Shown: positions 23,925 to 33,710, numbered from the stretch's first letter. The stretch: 64,000 nucleotides of DNA from Candidatus Hydrogenedentota bacterium (GCA_026415215.1 JAOAHN010000122.1:11954-75953), one strand, 5' to 3'. Numbers and translations: made by a program. The notes: generated by a model not told the origin, from the sequence alone.

Positions 23925-24022
23925 AAAATATCTATTAATTTAAAACTGAATCTTGAAGGAATTTTTTGAAAAATTAAAAATGTTTTATGAGTAAACTAAA
24001 CTTAACCTAAAGGAGCTAAAAA

Positions 24023-24748
24023 ATGAGTCAGACACGCAGAGATTTTCTTATGGCGAGTAGCTCGCTTATAACTGCAAGTGGTGTAATTGGAGTCCCAATG
24101 AGTACTTTTGCACAAACAGGCGGTGCGATTACAGAGCACAAACTACCTGAATTACCTTACCCTTATGATGCGTTGGAACCATACATAGATGCAAGGACAA
24201 TGGAACTTCATCATACTAAACATCATGCCGCTTATGTGAAGGGATTAAATACCGCCGAATCTGCGCTTGCAGAGGCAAGGGCAAAAAATGACTTCCTATT
24301 AATTCAACATTGGTCCAAGCAAGCTGCTTTTCATGGAGGCGGGCATTTTCTTCATAGTATGTTTTGGAAGGTTATGGCTCCTCCAGGTAATGGAGGTGGT
24401 GGTAAGCCAGAAGGTGAACTTTTAGGATTAATTGAAAGAGACTTTGGCTCTTTTGAGAGTTTTCAGGCTCATTTTTCTGCTGCAGCTAATGCAGTAGAAG
24501 GCGGTGGTTGGGCATTATTACATTATAGACCTATCGATGGGAGGCTTATAGTCCTTCAAGCTGAGAATCAACATAAACTTACTGCTTGGGGAGTTTTACC
24601 TATAATGGGCATAGATGTTTGGGAGCACGCATACTATTTAAAGTATCAAAATAATAGGTCTGAGTATGTAAAGGCGTGGTGGAATGTTGTTAACTGGTCC
24701 CAAGTGGCTAAAAACTTGGGTGCTATCAAAGGAATAGCACTTTTGTAA
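24023..24748 (+). CDS. Fe/Mn superoxide dismutase with Tat signal (Mn-type signature)
   Basis: TRRDFL leader; LPYPYDALEP, HHTKHH, GGGHFLH, ENQ and DVWEHAYY. Confidence 0.93.
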   Translation: MSQTRRDFLMASSSLITASGVIGVPMSTFAQTGGAITEHKLPELPYPYDALEPYIDARTMELHHTKHHAAYVKGLNTAESALAEARAKNDFLLIQHWSKQAAFHGGGHFLHSMFWKVMAPPGNGGGGKPEGELLGLIERDFGSFESFQAHFSAAANAVEGGGWALLHYRPIDGRLIVLQAENQHKLTAWGVLPIMGIDVWEHAYYLKYQNNRSEYVKAWWNVVNWSQVAKNLGAIKGIALL

Positions 24749-24769
24749 CATAAAATAGTTTAATTTTAA

Positions 24770-24809
24770 GCCACCCGAAGTAATATATTTATTACCGGGT
24801 GGCATTTTT
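24770..24809 (+). terminator. Intrinsic terminator between the SOD gene and the convergent PHP-like gene
   Basis: GCCACCCG (24770-24777) / CGGGTGGC (24796-24803) plus an inner GTAAT/ATTAC stem, followed by ATTTTT. Confidence 0.8.
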
Positions 24810-24810
24810 A

Positions 24811-26148
24811 TTAGTAAACTTCAATTGGGTTTGTGTATACCCAAGGCACCCAACTATTATTAACTTTAAGGTGAGCTTCTACTCTATATTTACCCTTCTC
24901 TCCTGGTTTCCACATATATTCTCTCCCTTCTCCCTCTGCAACTTTAACTCCATGTCGGAAAATAATGAATTTGCAGGGAACTGGTGAAGCCATTTTAAGT
25001 ATTAGGTCAGGAGTAAACTCGATTTTTTCACCGATTACTTTTTTTACCCCATTCCCTTCAGCGAAATATACAAAACCAGTGCTATCAACAATCATATCAA
25101 AGCCTATGTATACTCTCCCGTTCTTCAATGCATCTAATACGGATTCTTCGGTGAGTTCACGGGCAAGTATATGAGTTGCTACATATCTTACCATTAAATC
25201 ATAAGGGTCTAATTGAATATGAAAAAGTACCCTGTTGGGTTCTAATTTGCCAAAAAGTATCCTAAGAAATATCCGAGAGAAAAAGTTTAACTTGTATTCT
25301 GCTATTTTATCTGGGCTCGTATCTTCAATGGATAGAGTTCCTTGCGGTGTTATTTTGCCTACGAGGCCAGTGTTTTCGTGACAATCATTACCAGCTATTC
25401 CAACAATTTTTCTTGATATGTTTAATTCGTCCCATTTGCTTATGACTTGTGTAAGAGGGCTAAAAATAGACCTCAATAGTTGTTCATGGTATTTATTAAT
25501 ATTGACAAGAATGTTAGGAATGAGAGTAAATATGAGGTAGTTCCTTGTTAAGCTTTTGAAGTTAGTGTGGATATTGTATATTTCCATGCCCACAAGTTCG
25601 GGGATATGCCATTTTCTATCCTCCTCAGAATGAGCAAAAAACAGAATACCCCCATTTTGGGCTATCTCTCTGGCTAATTTTTCAGGCTCATCGTTACAGT
25701 TTAACACTGTGTTTGATGGTAAGCCCCATGGCATAAATCCATGTGGCATTTCAAACCCTGGTATGAACACAACACCTTCATGCTTGCCCCGCCATTGTAG
25801 AGAATAATCAGCTTTTCCATCGATACAATGATCACTCATACATATAAATTTTCTGTTCTCTTTCTTTAGCACTTCGAGAATTCTTTCAAAGGGCACTTGA
25901 GAGTCGTGAGATAGTTCTGAATGACTGTGGCATACGCCTGGGTAATCATTCCATCCGTCATCAAGAGATGGTTCTATTCTTTGGGCTCTTAACTCGTTCC
26001 AGGCACTCTGCTCTTGGGGATAGAATACGAACCTATTGTAGAAAGCTGTTCTGAAAAAATAACCAAGTCCGAGTAAAATGACTAAGATGACTAATGCTAT
26101 ACTATAAAGAACCCATTTGAACATCTTCTTAAGATGGGGATTTAACAT
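24811..26148 (-). CDS. Membrane-anchored PHP-like metallo-phosphoesterase
   Basis: N-terminal TM; HSHS, SDH, GFE, AH, EIYN and GNDCH metal-ligand motifs. Confidence 0.7.
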   Translation of the reverse strand: MLNPHLKKMFKWVLYSIALVILVILLGLGYFFRTAFYNRFVFYPQEQSAWNELRAQRIEPSLDDGWNDYPGVCHSHSELSHDSQVPFERILEVLKKENRKFICMSDHCIDGKADYSLQWRGKHEGVVFIPGFEMPHGFMPWGLPSNTVLNCNDEPEKLAREIAQNGGILFFAHSEEDRKWHIPELVGMEIYNIHTNFKSLTRNYLIFTLIPNILVNINKYHEQLLRSIFSPLTQVISKWDELNISRKIVGIAGNDCHENTGLVGKITPQGTLSIEDTSPDKIAEYKLNFFSRIFLRILFGKLEPNRVLFHIQLDPYDLMVRYVATHILARELTEESVLDALKNGRVYIGFDMIVDSTGFVYFAEGNGVKKVIGEKIEFTPDLILKMASPVPCKFIIFRHGVKVAEGEGREYMWKPGEKGKYRVEAHLKVNNSWVPWVYTNPIEVY

Positions 26149-26232
26149 AGAAATATCCTTTTTGGTCAGTTCTAAAGTAAATTTTAGTTATTAGGAAGGG
26201 TTATTATATTAATCGAGGTGATAGAATAAAAA

Positions 26233-26682
26233 ATGGAAAAGAAACTTTATACTTATGAATTTCCTCGTCCCAGTGTGACTGTAGATGCATTGGTTTTCAG
26301 GAGAAGAGAAGGGGGAGAATGGGAAATTTTGTTGATAAAAAGGAAGTATGAGCCATTTGCTGGTTTTTGGGCTCTTCCAGGAGGGTTTATTGAAGATGAT
26401 GAGACTTTGGAAGAGGCAGTAGAGCGTGAACTTTATGAGGAAACCTCCTTAAAGGAAGTTCAATTGACCCAGTTGAGAGCATTTAGTAAACCCAATAGAG
26501 ACCCTCGTGGGAGAACAATTAGTATTGCTTTTGTTGGAGTTTTAACTCAAGATGTGAGCCTTCAGCCTCGAAGTGATGCTAAAGAAATTGGGTGGTTTCC
26601 AATAGCAGATTTGCCGAATTTGGCTTTTGATCACGATGAGATTATAAAATGTGGGATAGAATGGTTAGGCACAAGAAAATGA
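26233..26682 (+). CDS. Nudix hydrolase, ADP-ribose pyrophosphatase-like
   Basis: WALPGGF, Nudix box ETLEEAVERELYEETS, RDPRGR and LAFDH. Confidence 0.9.
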   Translation: MEKKLYTYEFPRPSVTVDALVFRRREGGEWEILLIKRKYEPFAGFWALPGGFIEDDETLEEAVERELYEETSLKEVQLTQLRAFSKPNRDPRGRTISIAFVGVLTQDVSLQPRSDAKEIGWFPIADLPNLAFDHDEIIKCGIEWLGTRK

Positions 26683-26694
26683 GGGGAATAACTT

Positions 26695-28218
26695 ATGGGT
26701 GAAAATACAGAGCCCCGTGAATATTTTGAGAGTGAGGATTACTTGAAACCTTGGTTTGAGAGAAGGGGACTCGCTCTACTTACGGATTTATACCAGCTTA
26801 CTATGATGGCTGGTTATTTCGAAGAGAAGAGGGGCGATATTGAGGTGTGTTTCGAGTATTTTTTCAGAAGCCTACCTCCTCATTCTGGATATGCTATATT
26901 TGCTGGTTTAGACTCTTTCTTGCTATATCTTGCTAATTTGCGATTTTCAAAAGAAGACATTGAATATCTTAGAAGCCTAAATATTTTTGACGACGACTTT
27001 CTTGATTTCCTGCAGAATTTCAAATTACACATTACAGTTCGTTCTGTACCTGAAGGGAGTTTAGTTTTTCCTTTTGAACCTGTAGTACAGGTTGAAGGAC
27101 CTTTGTTAGAGGCTCAGCTTGTGGAAACTGCCTTGTTGAATTTTCTGAATTTTCAGACGCTTATAGCGAGTAAATCTGCTCGCGTATGTTTTGCTGCGGA
27201 ACCGGACCCAGTATTGGAGTTTGGTTTGAGAAGAGCACATGGTCCTGACGGTGGTATAAGTGCCTCGCGGTCAGCCTACATAGGTGGATGTTCCGCAACC
27301 TCTAATGTTATGGCTGGCAAAGTTTATGGTATTCCGGTTGCTGGAACCCATGCTCATAGTTGGGTAATGAGCTATCAAAGTGAACTTGAGGCTTTTCGGG
27401 CTTTTGCAAAGTTATATCCCACTCGCTGTATTTTATTGGTGGATACCTATGACCCTATTAGAAGTGGGATACCCAATGCTATCCAAGTATTTAAGGAATT
27501 GAGAGAGCAAGGTATTAATGTTCGCCCAGCGATTAGGATTGATTCGGGGGATCTTGCAAAGATTAGTAAAGCTGCTTATAAGATGATGTTAGAAGCAGGA
27601 TTTGAGAATCCATTAATTGTTGGGTCTAATGATTTGAATGAAGATTTAATAGCGGACCTTAGGAGGCAAGGTGCGAAGATTAACGCATGGGGAGTAGGCA
27701 CTCATCTTGTAACTTCCTATGATTGCCCAGCGCTAAGTGGCGTGTATAAACTTGTTGCTGTTAAGAGAGGCAATGTCTGGGAACCGAGATTAAAAATTAC
27801 GGGGAATATCGAAAAGAGCACCGATCCAGGTAGGAAAGTAACTGTGAGGTATTTTAGCAAAGATGGTTATATTTTAGGGGATGTGATGTATCTCGAAGAA
27901 GAGGAATACCCGACAATGGGTGACATAGATGCTAAGGCAAGACTTTTCCCACACATTTCTCAAAAGATTGAGGGAGCTACTTATTGCGAGGAGCTCCATA
28001 AAAAAGTGTTTCACAATGGCAATATACTAATTCCACTTGAAAGTGTTCATACCATCCGAGAAAGAGCGAGACAACAGCTTGCCTCTTTGCCTGAGGAGTA
28101 TAAGAGGTTGCGCAACCCTGAAGTGTATAAAGTTCTTTTATCTCCTAAGTTGGGAGAGATGAAAAATAAAATTTGGCAAAGTTCGGAAATGTGTATGAGT
28201 TTAGGAGAGAAAAAATGA
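26695..28218 (+). CDS. pncB: Nicotinate phosphoribosyltransferase
   Basis: LLTDLYQLTM, EFGLRRAH, GTHAHS, LVDTYD and RIDSGD. Confidence 0.95.
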   Translation: MGENTEPREYFESEDYLKPWFERRGLALLTDLYQLTMMAGYFEEKRGDIEVCFEYFFRSLPPHSGYAIFAGLDSFLLYLANLRFSKEDIEYLRSLNIFDDDFLDFLQNFKLHITVRSVPEGSLVFPFEPVVQVEGPLLEAQLVETALLNFLNFQTLIASKSARVCFAAEPDPVLEFGLRRAHGPDGGISASRSAYIGGCSATSNVMAGKVYGIPVAGTHAHSWVMSYQSELEAFRAFAKLYPTRCILLVDTYDPIRSGIPNAIQVFKELREQGINVRPAIRIDSGDLAKISKAAYKMMLEAGFENPLIVGSNDLNEDLIADLRRQGAKINAWGVGTHLVTSYDCPALSGVYKLVAVKRGNVWEPRLKITGNIEKSTDPGRKVTVRYFSKDGYILGDVMYLEEEEYPTMGDIDAKARLFPHISQKIEGATYCEELHKKVFHNGNILIPLESVHTIRERARQQLASLPEEYKRLRNPEVYKVLLSPKLGEMKNKIWQSSEMCMSLGEKK

Positions 28219-30158
28219 GACTTGTCAAAATAGGAACAGCAAACCTCTCTGTAAAAGTAGGTGATTTTAATAGGAATGTGAGATATATAAAAGAAGTTAT
28301 CGCCGAGGCTGAGAAGCAGGGAGTTAATCTTCTCGTTTTACCTGAACTCGCCATAAGTGGATATAGTCTTGAAGATAGAGTGTATTGGGATGAAATTGTG
28401 GAAATGAGTTGGAAGCACTTAGTTTCAATAGCTGAAGAAACTACTAAGAGTGGGATATGTGTTTTCTTAGGATTGCCTGTAAGAAAAGGGGTGCATCTAT
28501 ACAATGCATCTGCATTAATAGGGGGAGGAAAAATATGGGGCTTGATACCTAAACAATATATCCCATCTTATCATATATTCTATGAAACGAGGTATTGGAG
28601 TTCGTGGGATAGAGGAGTTGATGAGATTAATGGTTTTCCTATTGGTGATTTAATTTTTGACCTACCCTATGGTAGAGTCTCTGCGGAAATTTGTGAAGAT
28701 ATATGGGTACCTACATCCCCTTCGATAGAGAGAGTTTTATCGGGTGCAGAAATTATCTGTAATCTGAGCGCTTCACCCTTCAACCCATTGAAAAATTTGA
28801 CGAGAAGGGTTTTAGTCCTAAGTAGTGCAGTAAAGCTTAAAACTGTATATGTGTATTCTAATTTACTCGGATACGATGGTAGTAGGTTGGTTTTCGATGG
28901 GGGAGGTATAATAGCTACACCGGAGGGGAAATGTGTAGAATCTCCACTCTTGTCTTATGAACCTTGGACACTCAGCACGATGATTGTAGATTTGGATGAG
29001 GTAACAAGGAATAGGAAAGAAAATTCTAGTTGGAAATTGAATTCAATAAACCGTTTGAAGAGTGAGGGAGTTTTTGTGGTATCGGTAGATATTAAACCTA
29101 ATAGATTGCCTTCTCTGAAGGAGTGGGTAGATGGGCTTCCGAGAAGTTTTTATGTATCTGAGAATAACTTATCAATGCCATCAGATAGTAGAATTTCGGG
29201 AAATTACTTTGAGCAGTTATTTCACGCTCTTGCATTGGGTCTGAGAGACTATTACGAAAAAGTAGGGGTTTTCGAAAAGTTTCTTGTAGCCCTTTCAGGG
29301 GGAAGAGATAGTGCTTTGACACTTCTCCTTGCTGTTGAAGCAGCTAAGCATATTGAAGGAGGAAAATATATAGACAGATATGCAGAAAAAATCGAAAGCA
29401 TATATCTTCCTCACAAAGATTATAGCAGTAGTGAGACTCTTACATGTGCTAAATCTCTTGCGGAGGAACTGGGAGTTCCATTTAAAGTAGTATCTGTCCA
29501 TGAGGAAGCTGAACTGGCGTTCAAAAAATCTGCTGAAATAATGGGAGACGAGGATAAAGTTAAGCCTATTACGCGACAGAATTTACAGGCTCGTATAAGA
29601 GGAGCGATGATGTTAAATTGGGCAAATAATGTGAATGGATTACTTTTAGTTACATCTAATTTGAGTGAATCTGCAGTAGGATACACAACTACAGGAGGAG
29701 ATAATGAAGGAGGTTTTTCCCCTATTGCGAATGTGCCTAAAACAGTAGTCTCAGCTTTATTAGAATACCTACATAAAACGAGAGGTATTAAATCCCTCGA
29801 GAAAATTTTAAGCATTCCTCCTACCGCTGAACTTGCACCAAATCAAACAGACGAGGAGGACTTGATGCCTTATCGTGTTCTTGATGATTTAATTTACCTA
29901 TATGCAGAAATGCGATTGAGTCTGGTTGATTGTTGGAAGGTTATATGCTATCGATTTCCGGAATTTGACAAGGAACAACTAAGGAAATGGACTGAAAAGT
30001 TCGCTCGTCAATTAGTGGGGAACCAATGGAAGAGAGACCAACACCCAGTCTCTCTTAAGGTTTTAGAGCCTGACTTTGATCCCAAAACAGGTTTTAGGTT
30101 TCCGATTACCCAGAGTATTGAAGAGGAGATTGTGAAGCTCCGAGAATCTTCTATTTAA
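28215..30158 (+). CDS. nadE: Glutamine-dependent NAD+ synthetase
   Basis: Nitrilase-fold N-domain (PELA, PK, EICEDIW) plus SGGRDS, NLQARIR and PTAEL. ATG 28215 follows AGGAG and overlaps the pncB stop. Confidence 0.94.
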   Translation: MRLVKIGTANLSVKVGDFNRNVRYIKEVIAEAEKQGVNLLVLPELAISGYSLEDRVYWDEIVEMSWKHLVSIAEETTKSGICVFLGLPVRKGVHLYNASALIGGGKIWGLIPKQYIPSYHIFYETRYWSSWDRGVDEINGFPIGDLIFDLPYGRVSAEICEDIWVPTSPSIERVLSGAEIICNLSASPFNPLKNLTRRVLVLSSAVKLKTVYVYSNLLGYDGSRLVFDGGGIIATPEGKCVESPLLSYEPWTLSTMIVDLDEVTRNRKENSSWKLNSINRLKSEGVFVVSVDIKPNRLPSLKEWVDGLPRSFYVSENNLSMPSDSRISGNYFEQLFHALALGLRDYYEKVGVFEKFLVALSGGRDSALTLLLAVEAAKHIEGGKYIDRYAEKIESIYLPHKDYSSSETLTCAKSLAEELGVPFKVVSVHEEAELAFKKSAEIMGDEDKVKPITRQNLQARIRGAMMLNWANNVNGLLLVTSNLSESAVGYTTTGGDNEGGFSPIANVPKTVVSALLEYLHKTRGIKSLEKILSIPPTAELAPNQTDEEDLMPYRVLDDLIYLYAEMRLSLVDCWKVICYRFPEFDKEQLRKWTEKFARQLVGNQWKRDQHPVSLKVLEPDFDPKTGFRFPITQSIEEEIVKLRESSI

Positions 30159-32134
30159 TTAGTTGTTTGTTCAACAACTTTGCAATTACCTCTTATAAAT
30201 ATAGGGTATGGTTTTTTAAGGGTTACGAGACGCTTTTTTCCGCTCTTTATATGCCCTACTTCTTCACCTACGAGATTTGTAATGGTTACATCATCTATAG
30301 CCTTGATGGTTATAGCTGAATCTTTTTTGAATGCCCATATTACTGTTGTGTGTTGGTGCTTTATCCCAATTAAATTATCTGAACTGAACTCCAGTGTAAC
30401 TACATTTTTATCTCTTATTTGAGTGCATATATTGGCACAAGCGAGATAGGCAGGTTTTAATGAGAAATCTGATCTTACTATTCCAAAATTTTCCTCAAAA
30501 TAGAATGGGTCGTTTCCGTCATTTCTAAAGTCATACCAGCTAATATTCTCTACTACCCCAGAAGCCAATGCTGAGAGATAACATCTTGCAATTAGTAATG
30601 CTTGTTCTCTTTCTGTTACACCCCCTGTCCATAGATGGGTACTCCACCCCATTTCAGTTATCCATATTGGGCGTCCACCTATTAGATCGTGCGTCCTTTT
30701 TAATTCATTTATGAATTTTTCTTCGTTTAGTTCTTTCCTATATGGATGAACAGTGAGTATATCAAAGGGTGTGTTTGCTTCTAAGCATTTCTTAATAAAT
30801 TGAAAATCGATACCCGAAGTAGATATAGCAAGAACTTTTGCCTTGGGATCTATTTCTTTTATTACCTGATAACATTTTTTGACAAGTTCAGGGTAGAGTT
30901 CTTTTGGACCTTGCCAGAAGAATATGTTAGGTTCATTGTAAACTTCCCAATATTTTATTCTATCTTTGAAATGTTGGACAGTTCTTCTTGTGTAATTTAC
31001 GAAATCTTCTATTCCCTTCATCGTGTATGGTTCTGTCCAGGGTGCCCAGTAGCAAAGGAGCGCGTAAGTGGAAATTCCATACTTTAGTCCTGTGTTAACT
31101 ATGTTATCGTAGTAGTCGAAGGTAAATTTTCCGGGTGATGGTTCGATAATTGACCAAGAGAAATCCTCTCGTGTCCACTTTATTCCTGCCTTACTTCCCA
31201 TTTCTGCAGATTTTTCCCTTGCTATTTGGTTATTTCCATATCTGTAGAAATACATTCCCATACCCCAAGGAGAAGCCTCGTTGACCAACTTATCTACCTC
31301 AAGTGAGGGTTCTTTACAGATAGTAGAGTAATTCTTGAAAATATTTCCATCGCTCCTTTCAAATATCCATTCCGCTTCTAAGAATTTTTTCTCCTCTGGG
31401 AATCGATGAGTTAGTTGGAACTGCATTTTTTCCCCTCCTGGGCAGAGTAAAATATTAGAAAATACGCTTTCATGTAAGATGTTTTCATCCCAGTCCTTGA
31501 TTTTGACTCGGAGATTCCCTGAAACCTCTCTTGGGAGTAAGTTGCGAATCTCACAAGAGCAAAGTATTTTTTCCCCCTCGGATTTAGATATGTTTGAGAT
31601 GATTATACATTCCTGAGGAGGAGGAAGAATGGTTTCACAGATAAATTTTAGAAATCTCAATCTAAGTATCTCAGAGGGACACGAACCTTTCTTGATATAA
31701 AATCTTAAAAACCTTAGAGGAGTTCTAACTTTACCGTCGTTTTCGCCACTAAAATATTCCCATCCCTCTGGGGGTGCATTTATCTCTATAGTTTGCAATC
31801 CATATCCTGTAACTCTTATTGTTTTTTTGAAAAATTGGAAGTGAGAACCTAATAGTATTTCCAACTCCCAGCCCATTGAGCTTGTCCAAAGCTGGATTAT
31901 GAATTTTTGAGGTGTCCCGAATAAAGAATATGATGGATGGGATACTTCTGCTTGGATGTGCTTTGAGAAATCTATTTCCCAGTTAGCATCAATGAAAGTA
32001 ATACCGGATAGCTGTAAACTATGATTTTCTTCTGTAAATATAGGGATTTCATAAACTATGGACTGTTCCGCTTCGGTTTTTACAGAGTATGCCCAAAAAC
32101 AAAAGTAGATGATAGTAAATGTAAAGATTCTCAT
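30155..32134 (-). CDS. Exported clan GH-A glycoside hydrolase (GH39/GH5-like)
   Basis: Signal peptide; WEVYNEPN acid/base and IWITEMGW nucleophile motifs. Confidence 0.78.
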   Translation of the reverse strand: MRIFTFTIIYFCFWAYSVKTEAEQSIVYEIPIFTEENHSLQLSGITFIDANWEIDFSKHIQAEVSHPSYSLFGTPQKFIIQLWTSSMGWELEILLGSHFQFFKKTIRVTGYGLQTIEINAPPEGWEYFSGENDGKVRTPLRFLRFYIKKGSCPSEILRLRFLKFICETILPPPQECIIISNISKSEGEKILCSCEIRNLLPREVSGNLRVKIKDWDENILHESVFSNILLCPGGEKMQFQLTHRFPEEKKFLEAEWIFERSDGNIFKNYSTICKEPSLEVDKLVNEASPWGMGMYFYRYGNNQIAREKSAEMGSKAGIKWTREDFSWSIIEPSPGKFTFDYYDNIVNTGLKYGISTYALLCYWAPWTEPYTMKGIEDFVNYTRRTVQHFKDRIKYWEVYNEPNIFFWQGPKELYPELVKKCYQVIKEIDPKAKVLAISTSGIDFQFIKKCLEANTPFDILTVHPYRKELNEEKFINELKRTHDLIGGRPIWITEMGWSTHLWTGGVTEREQALLIARCYLSALASGVVENISWYDFRNDGNDPFYFEENFGIVRSDFSLKPAYLACANICTQIRDKNVVTLEFSSDNLIGIKHQHTTVIWAFKKDSAITIKAIDDVTITNLVGEEVGHIKSGKKRLVTLKKPYPIFIRGNCKVVEQTTN

Positions 32135-32166
32135 ATCTTATTCCTTAAGATTTTGTAATGAGTTGC

Positions 32167-32196
32167 TTGACTCTTGTAAGTTTAAATAGGTAAAAT
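32167..32196 (+). promoter_or_regulatory. Putative sigma70 promoter of the small-peptide pair
   Basis: TTGACT-N18-TAAAAT, about 60 nt before ATG 32257. Confidence 0.5.
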
Positions 32197-32256
32197 ATCT
32201 TCCATATTTTTTATTAATGTAACTTAGAACTTCAAACTGTAGAAGGAACAGGTGGT

Positions 32257-32370
32257 ATGATTTTAGCAGATATAATCAATATAGTAGTAAGTGTTTTGTT
32301 GAAGTTTTTGGCGGAATGGTTAACTCAGCTCTTATTGGGATTATTCGGAGTCGGAACTACTCAAGAGTAG
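32257..32370 (+). CDS. 37-aa amphipathic helical peptide 1 (not in ORF track)
   Basis: MILADIINIVVSVLLKFLAEWLTQLLLGLFGVGTTQE; purine-rich AAGGA/AGGTGG upstream; aligns without gaps to the next ORF. Confidence 0.68.
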   Translation: MILADIINIVVSVLLKFLAEWLTQLLLGLFGVGTTQE

Positions 32371-32408
32371 AAAATTTTTAGAAGTAATTATATAAGAAGG
32401 GTTAGTCT

Positions 32409-32531
32409 ATGGATTTCAACGCAATTTTGAAAGAAATAATAGAAAAAGTGGTTGAATATTTGGTTGGTCTGATAACAAAGATAGTTTCGGATTTCTTTAC
32501 TGCACTCACTGGGAAAGAACCAGTAGATTAG
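32409..32531 (+). CDS. 40-aa amphipathic helical peptide 2 (not in ORF track)
   Basis: MDFNAILKEIIEKVVEYLVGLITKIVSDFFTALTGKEPVD; AGAAGGG SD-like sequence; strict i,i+3/4 hydrophobic periodicity. Confidence 0.72.
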   Translation: MDFNAILKEIIEKVVEYLVGLITKIVSDFFTALTGKEPVD

Positions 32532-32612
32532 TTACTGGTTATGTTTTATTAGTTGTAACAGGATGGTTATTTTTTTGTCTTACTTTTTTATAACTTTGTT
32601 GGAATAAAATTT

Positions 32613-33710
32613 TTGATTACCAGACGATTATTTCTGAGTTTTGCAGTTTTAGGAGGAGGGGTATGGTTTCTCAACCCTCGAAGTGGAAACTCGCTTGAGG
32701 AATCCAAAGTATCAAGAGATGTTAATAAGTTTAAGTTTTGGGGGAAACTGTGCGGTTTCAATCTACAGAACTTTTTTATGGTGCATTCCAAGCGATGTGT
32801 AGAAGAGTCGGAGATTATACTCCTGAGGGAATTAGGTTTTAATTTTGTCCGTTTTCCAATGGACTATAGATGTTGGATAAAAGGAGATAACATCTACGAT
32901 GTAAACGAAACGGTTCTCAAAGAAATAGATTCTGCAATAGATATATGTATAAAGCATGGTGTTCATGTTTGCCTAAATTTTCATAGAGCCCCAGGATGGA
33001 CTGTTGCTGAACCTCCAGAAACTCTAAACTTATGGAAAGAGGAGGAAGCCTTAAAAGCTAGCTGTTTTCATTGGAAACTTTTTGCCGAAAGGTATAGGGA
33101 TGTTTCATATAGGTATTTGAGTTATAATCTGTTTAATGAACCTCCTGCAATAAGTGAGGATGCTCACAGACGAGTTATAGGAAAGGTTATAGAAGAGATA
33201 AGAAAGATAGATAGTGAAAAGTACATTCTTTGCGATGGGAGGAGATGGGGGGCCGTTCCTCCTTTGGAACTCGCTGATTTCGATATTGTCGCATCTTTTC
33301 ACATGTATCATCCATTTACAATCACCCACTATAAGGCTGAATGGGCCGGCAAATGGGAGGGAGTTCCAGTTCCAACATATCCTTTGGAAGAAAAAGGAGT
33401 AGTGTGGAACAGGAATACTATCGAGAGTAATTATATATCGCATTGGCATAAGTTAGAGCAAAAGGGGGTTCCTATTTTCGTAGGGGAATTCGGCGCATAT
33501 AATAAGACCCCTCACGATGTTGTCATAAGGTGGATGAAGGATTGTTTGGATATTTTCCAAAAACATGGGTGGGGTTGGGCTCTTTGGAATTTTAAAGGAC
33601 CTTTTGGCCCTCTCGACTCAGGAAGAGTAGATGTGGTCTATGAAAAGAGGGGAGAGGTACTAATTGATAAAGAGATGCTAAGACTTTTGACAAGGTATTT
33701 ATCACAGTAA
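32613..33710 (+). CDS. GH5-family glycoside hydrolase with Tat-like signal
   Basis: TRRLFL leader; FNFVRFP, NLFNEP and VGEFG. Confidence 0.88.
   Translation: MITRRLFLSFAVLGGGVWFLNPRSGNSLEESKVSRDVNKFKFWGKLCGFNLQNFFMVHSKRCVEESEIILLRELGFNFVRFPMDYRCWIKGDNIYDVNETVLKEIDSAIDICIKHGVHVCLNFHRAPGWTVAEPPETLNLWKEEEALKASCFHWKLFAERYRDVSYRYLSYNLFNEPPAISEDAHRRVIGKVIEEIRKIDSEKYILCDGRRWGAVPPLELADFDIVASFHMYHPFTITHYKAEWAGKWEGVPVPTYPLEEKGVVWNRNTIESNYISHWHKLEQKGVPIFVGEFGAYNKTPHDVVIRWMKDCLDIFQKHGWGWALWNFKGPFGPLDSGRVDVVYEKRGEVLIDKEMLRLLTRYLSQ

Noticed and set aside
23900..23927. dif-like site (TGTATA-TTATATCAAAA)
   Set aside because: The XerC arm does not match. The same TATTATATCAAAAA occurs before gyrB and is better explained as a minus-strand extended -10.
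26233..30158. Anti-phage or phage NAD-restoration system
   Set aside because: The genes are ordinary chromosomal Nudix, pncB and nadE, with no defence or phage context.
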